This document shows positions 22,901 to 28,693 of a DNA stretch of 38,237 bases, in pieces. This stretch comes from Candidatus Omnitrophota bacterium (GTDB taxonomy: Bacteria; Omnitrophota; Gorgyraeia; 2-01-FULL-45-10), in assembly GCA_026387165.1 (NCBI GenBank), contig JAPLMG010000114.1:1-38237 (forward strand), in the 5' to 3' direction. Position numbers and translations under genes: made by a program. The notes below the pieces were generated by a model that saw only the letters and a program-made list of their open reading frames with translations, was not told the DNA's origin and did not search any database. Numbering within the stretch: position 1 is the stretch's first letter; each line of letters opens with the position of its first letter.

Positions 22901-25226
22901 TAGCTTGCGCAAAGCTTCTTGCCTCGTCTGCGATACGCTGTGCCTGAGCACCGGTAATGCCGCCCTGCCAGCCGTGATCGTCAACCGCCTTCGGCGTTGA
23001 CTTTGCGCTTGTGGCGATGGCTGCGTTCTCAACCTTTTTGTGCCGTAATTTTTCAATTTGTTCTTGTAACCATTTTTCAATTTTTTCGGTTATCTCTCTC
23101 TCTCGTCTGTCGTCACTTCCTATCGTATCCTCGTCCGGCCCCTTTCCTTGAGAGGCGGCTACCTGTTGATTCTTGCCACCGCCTCCACCGCCTGGTGGTG
23201 GCGGGCCACTTCCACCGCCTCCCGGGGGTTCTTCGGTCGGTTCCTCTGTGTCTTTTTGGGATGATGGCGGTCGCTGCGCCGGCAGACGCTGCGACATTGA
23301 CTTCGCGGCCGGCGCTGATGGCCCGACAGGGACTGATATTTGTGATCGTGAAGCAAGCCAGCCGTCCCTCTTTATTGCCTCTCTCATTTCAATATTCAGT
23401 TGATCCGGTATCGCGAGGGCTTTGTTAAGGACAGACGGCAGCGCCTCTCTTATGTCGCGGTATTTTTCACCCGACAGTATCTTAAAATAAGGGGACTCAT
23501 AGTTATCGGGATTCTTAAAGTTAGGCATGATAGAGACATAGGATATGTTATTCTTCTTAAAGAGTTCGGCGAGATTTTCGGTGTGAAAGCCGCCGGTGAT
23601 GAGTATCGCGGCATTTCTGAGATTGCTTCGGCCCTTCCGCCTTCGCCAAAGAGCTTTTGCCTTTGGCTTCGGCGGACAGGTCGGGCCTCGCAATGACGAC
23701 ACGGCAAACCTGATATTCTTTAAGAAAATATCATCCCTCTTAAACGAATATTCATAAAATCTGGATATCTCCTCGCGGTAGTGGTCGAGGTCGGTAATGT
23801 TATCGTCAAGCCGGGCGGTGATCTTATAGAGAGGGGCTTCTCTGTTTATGAACGATATGTAGTTGGCCGCGGAAAAGGATGCTTCATTATCGATATAATA
23901 TCTGTGATCGTCTTTTGTCAGCGTTATGCCGAATAAATTCTTTAATATCGCCAGATTCTTGGATAGTTTATTAAGCTCTCTCTGCTTGTCGCTCTTGGAC
24001 ATCTCCTCTTTTATGCTATCCTCCAGCTTTTCCAATTCATCCATTGTCTTCGTCTTGTCTATGGCGTCATATATTGAAACATATCTGATGTATTTGCGCA
24101 GTTCCGGCAAATCATTCAGACCCACATCTTTTTGCTTTGCCCTGCCCAAGATATAAGCGTAAAAGTCTTTCTGCGATATCTTTTCCACCCTGAACTCGAC
24201 CGTCTTTAACGCAAGCTCTTCCAGGTCTTTTTTGGAGAGTTTTTTCTGCAATCTTTCTATAAGCTCGTCTCTCTGTCTATTTGCCGACTTAAAGTCTATC
24301 CCGGGCTCTTCTTCAAGCGCCTGATTTAAGAGATAAATATTACTAAACGACCTGATATCTATCGCCTTCTCTTTTGCGGATTGGATGATATACGCCAGAT
24401 AGTCTTTAAACGTGATAGCTTCTGATTTATATTGGGAATACTTGCCATCGAGCCCTAAAAGCTCCCGCGAATAGATCCTGGTTTTTAGATTACTTAAAAT
24501 ATAGGTGAGTGCTTTCAGGTGCCTGTCAACTTCGTCTTTATGCTTAAGGGAATCTCTATAGACTTTGAGATTATCAAGATACAGGTTAGTATCTTCTATG
24601 CCCCAGAGAGTCGCTTTATCGGGATTGTTTATCGCGAAATATTCGGCGCCGTTGACGAGGCCTTCTTTTACAAAGCGATCGGATGCCTTATTGCGGATGG
24701 ATTTATCAGGAATGTCTGTAAATACGGAGAGATCGTAATCCCTGGCCCCGCCCTCAAGGTTTATGGCATCTATACCATATTGCTTATTCAGGTATTCGAT
24801 GATCTCGGCGATCTTGCGCTGAGCCGCGTAATTACAGTGGGCGTCCTGAATATGAATCACGACCGGAGGGAGTGATTCATATTCACCCTGAGCAAGGCCC
24901 TCGTTTGACAGTTTGCCGCGTCGAAAGGTGGATGTCGAACTCCACGAATCTTTAATATGCCCGAGGTATTCGGGCAGGCTAAAAGTATCTACATGGAATT
25001 CTTTAATCTTGTCCTCCGAAGCCTTAGCGAAGGAGGAAAGACCCGGGCCGCCGGCTCTATTAGAACCAACGGCAGTAGGCTCTATAGTGTTTCCTGCGGC
25101 CCAGGCTAAATCGTATGAGAACGTATTAAACAAGAAGGACCATAAGGTAACTAAACACACTAGCACCTTAAATGGTCCTTTTTTGAATATGGCTACACAC
25201 CTACTAGATCTGCCGTTTGAAATCAT
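13950..25226 (-). CDS. giant multidomain protein (3758 aa): signal-anchor, N-terminal module, G/P-rich linker, CPBP-like TM module, TPR-like repeats, Upf1/DNA2-like SF1 helicase, C-terminal domain
   Basis: This is an uninterrupted 11.3-kb ORF with an ATG start. GGAG lies 7 nt upstream. The N-terminus has the hydrophobic stretch FKVLVCLVTLWSFLFNTF. The linker is EEPPGGGGSGPPPPGGGGGG. The sub-features carry the domain evidence. Confidence 0.8.
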   Translation of the reverse strand: MISNGRSSRCVAIFKKGPFKVLVCLVTLWSFLFNTFSYDLAWAAGNTIEPTAVGSNRAGGPGLSSFAKASEDKIKEFHVDTFSLPEYLGHIKDSWSSTSTFRRGKLSNEGLAQGEYESLPPVVIHIQDAHCNYAAQRKIAEIIEYLNKQYGIDAINLEGGARDYDLSVFTDIPDKSIRNKASDRFVKEGLVNGAEYFAINNPDKATLWGIEDTNLYLDNLKVYRDSLKHKDEVDRHLKALTYILSNLKTRIYSRELLGLDGKYSQYKSEAITFKDYLAYIIQSAKEKAIDIRSFSNIYLLNQALEEEPGIDFKSANRQRDELIERLQKKLSKKDLEELALKTVEFRVEKISQKDFYAYILGRAKQKDVGLNDLPELRKYIRYVSIYDAIDKTKTMDELEKLEDSIKEEMSKSDKQRELNKLSKNLAILKNLFGITLTKDDHRYYIDNEASFSAANYISFINREAPLYKITARLDDNITDLDHYREEISRFYEYSFKRDDIFLKNIRFAVSSLRGPTCPPKPKAKALWRRRKGRSNLRNAAILITGGFHTENLAELFKKNNISYVSIMPNFKNPDNYESPYFKILSGEKYRDIREALPSVLNKALAIPDQLNIEMREAIKRDGWLASRSQISVPVGPSAPAAKSMSQRLPAQRPPSSQKDTEEPTEEPPGGGGSGPPPPGGGGGGKNQQVAASQGKGPDEDTIGSDDRREREITEKIEKWLQEQIEKLRHKKVENAAIATSAKSTPKAVDDHGWQGGITGAQAQRIADEARSFAQANYDIENVSLQGRAVKQAVEEVIGPEFGKDGIRRYLAPRIYILPDSHEAMKGINGPVRVREPAVGYRPLPLPEQEIIVIRESDWKLIEAGDTETLLKLAHEYMAGYVESHNATPGLERINGEDAHGLARMVEHIILANALNGPTPMLNYEASVTGERLADVGVRMMAQYAARFSDLRSQIMQLLEQLRTVNATLEEEMDRHLLKWALDPSKKPTLNSVPGLAELLKALTLEDENGDEIPAKIEFIPVPSELAKKIEKVRYHVKFQLWELQERAEVEMEEAVNQAIDLGSKLRNGQIKPEAVEILRAKLRAFGESLKALKALIQTAVEAEGGHLLVFDETLEDEASTTEVSQGRLRLDEGRYKELADRLREHIAQDQQRRQERIDGGLPVPEQDYAHEGPSAPTAQPQGTAPASLIGTGRNPALYLAPPIEEAARAGFYGLSLYLGGYILNIFNLVFVILHYPFNRAKYIEDHRLDNEGRSPPETEVLLNTLATPLAVTAISIITAIAISQFNLSVLPSSAIFFAINASLHHLMNRFALSRNMTPASLNGPVSAEECKTLLATVPADPAAVLKNILIDNEAWKSEVRRYLDIIRYFARKDGPLTADEIAAGHKMCEAIIASDSERAGLLNAGASTLMGAHIAYATLLKKEGEALEGEAKKITIIAAAVHYNTEIPDISRFLALSNGAARQEAKKIGLEAFDGLWDCIKENRPKEWIRLYITSLGEFRQKISREKDTYYIRATLDLISRMLSVNDYGGVSPIILKLPEEIELIKGDPFYDEAKEILYNIQRELFISTRSWQSLLILVGHYLRSNPDSLQAHIQHAEACELCGEFEGLEDEIRYLMKSDILSNVGQRRRVGLVYALTNLGLYYARNNRPDEAAKAYADAEALLETVAAHTQPGSSGRKTCDIARSQIFLYKGDRESALSILPEASLDAAAFTYYVLASIISEKSAPSDGDTRRLIEAFRGVNTLSGMGDALRCHQLNFYNREKVENLHISLVLNEESLDKETLTNMATFLINVSPDKALKAAIDILKAGVHNADDSKFERAFNVLRYFFGVYPDKAEDALLDMKKNGEYYSNPEIKSFIDEVTGIAEERRLSIAQEYRRAFKAGDWDVCLQIQGQYVDGPLLSSGSGSFNITRLADLVTDAMVEVSDNNSYGKTLKPFVVASHTFKGTSLINHSKWQEASGHFKKAIGLYGMLDWTRRKDVDPELLFHAYYGLAMCLINMGDDEGALKQRDTALAILQSNTELFDNDRIADFAVTSAEIIGKYRSHRAAREKLEEVRKKLGENFDKMTADTRMNFLMALSRHYYLAVYDREPSDEGPSFADAKRCVEEAIALLPYDIGSIPELDSLSPSEISVLSMAASACFMTNEYNKVWAIMDAILPIVSEGQKLTVVNMCTRQAVREHMSGNTQRALEMFRRGDALAQELMDTTKDRAILAEAAGRLAQSKACQAERFPNMKEGFAAEAEAFMRHSEGIAPTTSILYLQALFACKAGDTQKAGELLLEAMRTDIARCLIYHVNNVLNREDVEKVAGGIIISADGKDGSAEIAADFVTRLKSRAAADRITEMIRANFNDPQFFTEHKRSLMLALPVLKNLGGGEEAPFLREFREIVRDSELEKAISKAIESVEDERLQGDSWADVINRHIASAGSHFAEGDPAKAKSEIDEGLECLKRRAFLKPDGNGDIKNLKKQLTDMAESITRAEDLIRSATAAFNDKKFSKARDHRDKLIGMGYPLKPSDDLMSELDIYCKAEELYCSRDFDGALAHIAGSNNERKRSAFTKRIDTVRKAEGLAASGQFNGAIGLAGEVRKMFPGDKIAAGIETECRDAMQWVVKKLSETRSSLDEWLNALKNSASKKDVVRAAVSDIETAMAPMKEAISKYEAVRGGAEVKTMLTGVFLRAYTEGLRLKGAWQDKERGANYPDAKAYYYAALGIFSGLEDIMDHCYREKLDLPSREEIDTNVHLARVYLELSAQLQILSALYDVEKNKQEHRKDVSFEGITITESNMGFSLRRSNIKNMAGMRIRDIFSPGDTFVMLDSSGQKDNIQFEVVELNENDGGSVRFRIIERQRDRIATILSQLPKSGTMRLLPNIPLRLQFEAVSDTLNRLKLSISDNMTSKIGDDPLTLSRECDMILGLRPSVSLGGRELPLLYRSFSDPKAEKQRRFIYNAVDLSAPLTLCQGPPGTGKTTCIVECDRQLLLDAVKDETGKGMRVLNLSPSHPAVDAIGRRLAAAGVTFARVASRDEKIADDIMKIWEDKRNILRKFQDDYREKGTGYLVLGTLEGFMIDNDIRSLSKDDRFFLKYDVIVIDEAARATLPQVLAALKYLDAGKNVKIVLVGDHKQLRPHGVTNAKISECKRELADTKPTEPERAKARARLNDVFHPVRVHDYGVSPFEKLWRRDLYRENIDKHFLDINRRSHWAIVNMLNIFYDGQLVPGKPNKKLSRDTVVIYDTHGKKGAIERKEEQGRSRYNEYEIDMVVAWFGKMLAIRNDKGRLYSVKDITVVTPYKEMRARVESALKGFIQELIDSHELPQKALEELRTFDEEDDLLDIKTIDSFQGGENKVVIYPFVVSNGSNDIGFLANMNRLVVALSRAQQKLIMIGDFGWESSSNSFKGTLTNATSRLPVSVKDNLEMSEAVKRKSEAEAAAQIFRRIYRYVEELHRPRPKTSFVYPKVSEFSIKPVIDEPVPLTEEPAIDRAALVKEMKEKMAALVGDDKSTLRQKLRVDTEPDEVSKGPDAIHAILSDIRALEQPMRNELEMALRTAVMVDGLGTIDKTEHVNIVVQIAGAGESNGARRPIQEIRGRLEQYPYKLYAQSIIGEGINSWEELKEFIDRIIKSVRDPANKEPRALVLLPEDLHKYFDMAKDYFRANGINIDAPDASIKIQKIEQGANPDLVTQFGLGFEILEYVRSMEKDEKTQPSQELLNLIAAMVDADNNIDPRAIINELFKTVLRIRRIDWQTVDDQRRAWEAVATAL
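15050..16420 (-). other. superfamily 1 (Upf1/DNA2/NAM7-like) helicase core inside the 3758-aa ORF
   Basis: All motifs are in order: Walker A LCQGPPGTGKTT (16323-16350), Walker B VIVIDEAARAT (about 15942-15975), motif III VLVGDHKQLRP, INRRSHWAIVNM, TIDSFQGGENKVVIYPFVVSN, and motif VI GFLANMNRLVVALSRAQQKLIMIGD (15075-15149). Confidence 0.8.
17100..21200 (-). other. TPR-like / helical-repeat region of the 3758-aa ORF (approximate bounds)
   Basis: The region has repeated 34-residue-like A/L/Y-rich helix pairs. Examples are LGLYYARNNRPDEAAKAYADAEALL, AYYGLAMCLINMGDDEGALKQRDTALAIL and AKAYYYAALGIFSGL. Bounds were estimated by eye. Confidence 0.5.
21290..21640 (-). other. CPBP (CAAX/Abi-type intramembrane protease)-like transmembrane module in the 3758-aa ORF
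   Basis: There are three or four hydrophobic helices carrying, in canonical order, IEEAARAGF (compare EExxxR, here with R one position early), FVILH (FxxxH) and HHLMN (HxxxN). The first motif is degenerate, so the call is tentative. Confidence 0.4.
23619..23698 (+). repeat. family-1 repeat, copy inside the 3758-aa ORF
   Basis: The sequence runs gagattgcttcgg ... gggcctcgcaatgacg, with the internal hairpin gccaaagag cttt tgcctttggc. It is translated in frame as SSLRGPTCPPKPKAKALWRRRKGRSNL, immediately before the conserved-looking AAILITGGFH. Confidence 0.7.
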
Positions 25227-25332
25227 CTAATAGCTCCGTTTTGTACTTTTTAATCTTCTAAATAAATAGGTGAAAAATATACTTGTCTGCTATCGCTCAG
25301 ACAAGTGATTTGATCTGCCGTTACATATTGTA

Positions 25333-25360
25333 ACTATACCATAGGATTTTATATATACAA
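25333..25360 (-). promoter_or_regulatory. possible promoter for the 3758-aa ORF (TTGTAT-N16-TGgTATAGT)
   Basis: The minus strand reads aTTGTATatataaaatcctaTGgTATAGTtac. It would give a 5' UTR of about 100 nt containing the 9-bp hairpin acttgtctg / cagacaagt (25281-25306). Confidence 0.35.
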
Positions 25361-25548
25361 TGCTAAATAACTTAGTTTTTTCTTCCTTAACCAACTTATT
25401 CCAAGAAAGCAAAAATTAAATTAAAAAAATTAACCAAAAAGTTACAGGAAATAGAAGATCTCTGATCCTAAAATACATTTGAACAGAATCTCCATTTTTG
25501 TTTTCACTCCATCTTAACGGCCACCTCTTCCCGTTTTTTTAAAAAACG

Positions 25549-25708
25549 CTTTATCCCCAAGCACTTACGCTAAACCCCATGCGGTTACTTTCGCCCAATT
25601 CTAACAAACCTTCTGGCGAAGGTAACCGCATGGCTTTAGGGAGAAAAAATCACTTGAACACTCTTTAAGCCGAAAGAAGAGAGCCTCACCAAAACGAAAG
25701 GTGAAAAA
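25549..25708 (+). repeat. left 160-bp inverted repeat (IR-L) bounding the accessory island
   Basis: By hand alignment, the reverse complement of 37893-38052 matches 25549-25708 with 9 mismatches and no indels. It contains a 19-bp-stem hairpin at 25577-25633. Confidence 0.9.
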
Positions 25709-25757
25709 CAGCCTATGCAAACGATTGGGACTGTTTCGATAGGAGTTGTATAACGAA

Positions 25758-26135
25758 TTACGAGGTGGCTAACTTCGAGAGGTAACTAACGTCTATCGTT
25801 TCTATCTCCACTGCTTCTATTTTTGATTTTGGCAGGGCGCGATTAGCGGCAACCGTTCTAAACATCTCGGTAACGTTGTCGCTTGCGTTGATAAAATTGA
25901 TCTCTTTTTTCTTAAAAAAGCTCTTATTAAGCTTCTCTTTCAATACCAATAGTTCGTGCGCAGCTGATCGGGAGACAAACTCCACCGCTGAAAAGTCTAA
26001 GTTAATAGCTTTCGCATGCGCTTTTTCTATGGTCGTCTTTAGACTAGACGCTACGTCACGAGAGCCAACTATGGGCGCCAAGTTCTTAGCAACATCTATA
26101 TTAATTGTTTTTGTCTTTTTAACCATTTTTATCAC
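25758..26135 (-). CDS. STAS-like domain protein (DUF4325-like)
   Basis: 125 aa. The segment INLDFSAVEFVSRSAAHELLVL resembles the STAS/DUF4325 core (LDF.gV..isSsf.dE). It lies 28 nt downstream of the GHKL ATPase gene, the usual pairing for this family. Confidence 0.5.
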   Translation of the reverse strand: MIKMVKKTKTINIDVAKNLAPIVGSRDVASSLKTTIEKAHAKAINLDFSAVEFVSRSAAHELLVLKEKLNKSFFKKKEINFINASDNVTEMFRTVAANRALPKSKIEAVEIETIDVSYLSKLATS

Positions 26136-26163
26136 CTAACTAAGTATACCACAGCGACCGGCA

Positions 26164-27015
26164 TTATTCAATATAAGGTATTATGTTAATGGAGTGTGTT
26201 GGTTTTGGTATCCGATAGGCAATAATTACGCCTTGCCAGTAAAATCCCGGTAAATTCACTATGCTCTTCTTATTGTCAAACGATAGAAACGCTGCGTTGC
26301 CGGATAATAGCACAAACCCGCCGCCCAATGCCTCGCAGACAACCCTTGTAGATGTGCGTATCCCATACCCGCGCTCCTTATCCCGCTTGGTCGAATACCC
26401 TTCCAGTGCCTGCTTGATAGCATCTACGTCTGACAGTTCTACCTTATTTTCTTCTTTGTAGGCGTTCGCCAACCCCCTGCCATTGTCTACTATACACATA
26501 TCCAAGAAATTCTTGCTCTGATACAATTGCCCGAATACAAAACCCTCATCTTTTTTGCTGTGGTCAAATATGTTGGATATAAATTCAGCCACGGGATAAT
26601 AGATAGCGTTCTCGGTTCCCTTTGTATTGCCAAGTATCTTATAAATCATCTCCAGAAATAACGTTTCAAGGCGCTCTCTTTGTTCTCTGGCATCCTTTTT
26701 CAGAATACTGATCGGTACGAAGTTCTTGCCCTTGTGAAGCTGTTGCTCAAAGGCAGTGACCGAATCTACGCCGTGGGGGAAATTTATTGTTTCAAGATAA
26801 GATTTTAAAGACGAATTTCCAATGGTAAATGTACTGCCGGTACTGTAAATGTAAGAAGTAAGCGGCAGAACAATTAGAGGATATGCCCAGCTCATATCTT
26901 CCAGGTTGAAATTAACTTTCTCACCTTTCTTTATATTTTTAAAGGAATTATAGAGCGCCAACACCTGCTGTAATAGCGCATCGGACTTATAGTTTGGGAC
27001 TTTAACTTCTCTCAT
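26164..27015 (-). CDS. GHKL (histidine kinase-like / anti-sigma-factor-kinase-like) ATPase with an uncharacterised N-terminal domain
   Basis: 283 aa. The C-terminal half has an N-box-like EFISNIFDHS, a G1 box VDNGRGL and a G2-like ERGYGIRT. The N-terminal ~130 aa has no motif I recognise. Confidence 0.65.
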   Translation of the reverse strand: MREVKVPNYKSDALLQQVLALYNSFKNIKKGEKVNFNLEDMSWAYPLIVLPLTSYIYSTGSTFTIGNSSLKSYLETINFPHGVDSVTAFEQQLHKGKNFVPISILKKDAREQRERLETLFLEMIYKILGNTKGTENAIYYPVAEFISNIFDHSKKDEGFVFGQLYQSKNFLDMCIVDNGRGLANAYKEENKVELSDVDAIKQALEGYSTKRDKERGYGIRTSTRVVCEALGGGFVLLSGNAAFLSFDNKKSIVNLPGFYWQGVIIAYRIPKPTHSINIIPYIE

Positions 27016-27035
27016 AGCGCCCTTTCTTTGACGGT

Positions 27036-27044
27036 ATTATATCA
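27036..27044 (-). promoter_or_regulatory. extended -10 promoter element (TGaTATAAT) upstream of the GHKL/STAS pair
   Basis: The minus strand reads gagTGaTATAATaccgtcaaagaaagggcgctATG. The -10 lies about 21 nt from the ATG, with AAGGG as a possible SD. There is no good -35. Confidence 0.4.
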
Positions 27045-27205
27045 CTCGGCTTTCGTACAGCATACATAATATGCTTCGCTTCTATTGCTCAACCTTGACT
27101 CTTGCCTTAAAGTAGTTTAAGAGGTTTTGGGGACGGGTCCCTGAAAATGTTCCCTTTTCGATCAAATATGCGAGCTTTTTTAATTTTCAGTCGTAATACA
27201 TATAT

Positions 27206-28693
27206 CTACTCGCACAACTTTCTTAATTCATCTAATATTTCTATCATGCCCTTTGTATCCAAATCACAATACTTTTCAAGAGCGGCTCGGATGCGCTGGC
27301 GCTCCTTTTCGCAAACGTCTTTCCCGAAGGTTACCCGATAATACTCCCTGCTAGCCATCCCGCCATCCGCTATTTCCATATCATCGTAGCTTGATTTTGT
27401 CATCACTGGAAGGACGCTCTTGAGCGAGGCGCTACCTGCCTGGCCCGGATGGTAGTAGGAGAACCCTCGAAAAGGAACGAGCAGATCAACTATACGCTCC
27501 TCCAATCCGGCTACCCAGTCCTGATATTCAGTATATGCCTCACTTGCATGCCGAAGGGCTGTCTTTTCAAATATGGCGTTATACGCAATTATCGATCCTG
27601 AATTACCCAATAGCGCTTTCAGCTGTTTTAAAATCTCAGGCCGAGGATCATTACCGTCCGGCGCAAGATACGCGTGACGTTTGTGCTTTGCGTTCTTATC
27701 TTTGATTCTATATAAGGAATATTGAAAAGGAATGGCCTCAAACGGTCTTGAGTTGTCATAAGCCGGTATCGCGGGGTTTATCGTTTCAAAATCGAGGAAA
27801 TAAAGAGGGTATTTCAATTCTTTAATGAATTCCTCTATTGCCTTCTTGTCAATGTGCGGCTTGCCGGACCTGTGGGATATAACCTGAATATTTTGCCTAT
27901 GGCTTAAGCTTACATCTTCTTTTATATCAGTAATACGCAGTATGCCGCGCTCCATCAACTCATAGGCCTTCTTTGTTCCGGAATATAAACAAAAGATATC
28001 GTCCTTATTCGGCAGGAAACTCCAGCAGATATCCTCAAGAGGGCAAGGATATAGCTTATCACAGTGAGGGCCGACGATTACGTGCGGGGCAGCCTTCTTC
28101 CCGATCACTTCAAGCATATCGGATATATCCTCTTCAATCTCCGGAATGAGCTCATCGCATTGCTTTGTAACGTCTTCTGTGGCAAACAGCTTTTTTGGCT
28201 CTATCTTTCCTTTGCGCACATATTGGTTATTGATATACATGAGGTAACACTTGCGGATCTTCAGGCCTGAGCCTTCATATACATACTTTTGGAAGGCGAT
28301 GTCATTATAATGCTCGTCCTTTACGCTGCTGGAGCTTTTCACTTCAATGAGATCCCAGGCGTCTTTCTCAACTGGGTTAAGGATATCAGCTAAGGCATAG
28401 CCTTGTTTATACACATAACCGGCCTCAAAAAGAGGCTTTCGAAGCTTGGCGGCCTCCGAAGACTTTGTTGCCTGTTTGGTCGGATCGTAGTCTCTCTGGA
28501 GAACGATACCACCGGAAAATAGAGTATGCGCCAATTCGCCTACAATACGGCCTTGATCCATAATGAATTGTGTAGCGGCATCTATTTCCGGAAGCTCTTC
28601 CTTGCGGTTATACTCATACCATAGAAGCTTATGGCATCTAAGCCCTTCGAGGTATTTGGTTTTGGATAGAAATGGAGATGGCCTATTTTTCAT
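27206..28693 (-). CDS. DUF2779-type protein: Cas4/RecB-like PD-(D/E)xK nuclease fused to a DEDD-like 3'-5' exonuclease domain
   Basis: 495 aa. The N-terminus LSKTKYLEGLRCHKLLW is typical of DUF2779. It has ADIL...LIEVKSSS (D...ExK) and the Cys cluster HCDKLYPCPLEDIC. The C-terminal half has FLDFET (DxE), AYNAIFEKTAL and YCDLD, consistent with a DnaQ-like fold. Confidence 0.6.
   Translation of the reverse strand: MKNRPSPFLSKTKYLEGLRCHKLLWYEYNRKEELPEIDAATQFIMDQGRIVGELAHTLFSGGIVLQRDYDPTKQATKSSEAAKLRKPLFEAGYVYKQGYALADILNPVEKDAWDLIEVKSSSSVKDEHYNDIAFQKYVYEGSGLKIRKCYLMYINNQYVRKGKIEPKKLFATEDVTKQCDELIPEIEEDISDMLEVIGKKAAPHVIVGPHCDKLYPCPLEDICWSFLPNKDDIFCLYSGTKKAYELMERGILRITDIKEDVSLSHRQNIQVISHRSGKPHIDKKAIEEFIKELKYPLYFLDFETINPAIPAYDNSRPFEAIPFQYSLYRIKDKNAKHKRHAYLAPDGNDPRPEILKQLKALLGNSGSIIAYNAIFEKTALRHASEAYTEYQDWVAGLEERIVDLLVPFRGFSYYHPGQAGSASLKSVLPVMTKSSYDDMEIADGGMASREYYRVTFGKDVCEKERQRIRAALEKYCDLDTKGMIEILDELRKLCE

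Noticed and set aside
569-24875. Many plus-strand ORFs of 60-200 aa in the track, for example 569..772, 3310..3723, 6467..7006, 7300..7821, 14377..14922, 15726..16244, 17734..18345 and 24519..24875.
   Set aside because: All lie wholly inside long minus-strand genes with clear homology or motifs. They have low-complexity, Ser/Leu/Arg-rich translations typical of antisense shadow ORFs, and I saw no recognisable motifs or start signals.
25538-25546. TTTAAAAAA at 25538-25546 and 38059-38067 as a 9-bp target-site duplication of the island.
   Set aside because: It is a low-complexity, self-complementary A/T run at unequal distances from the repeat ends (2 nt versus 6 nt). It could equally be a weak outward extension of the inverted repeats or chance in AT-rich DNA. 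I mention it only as a possibility.
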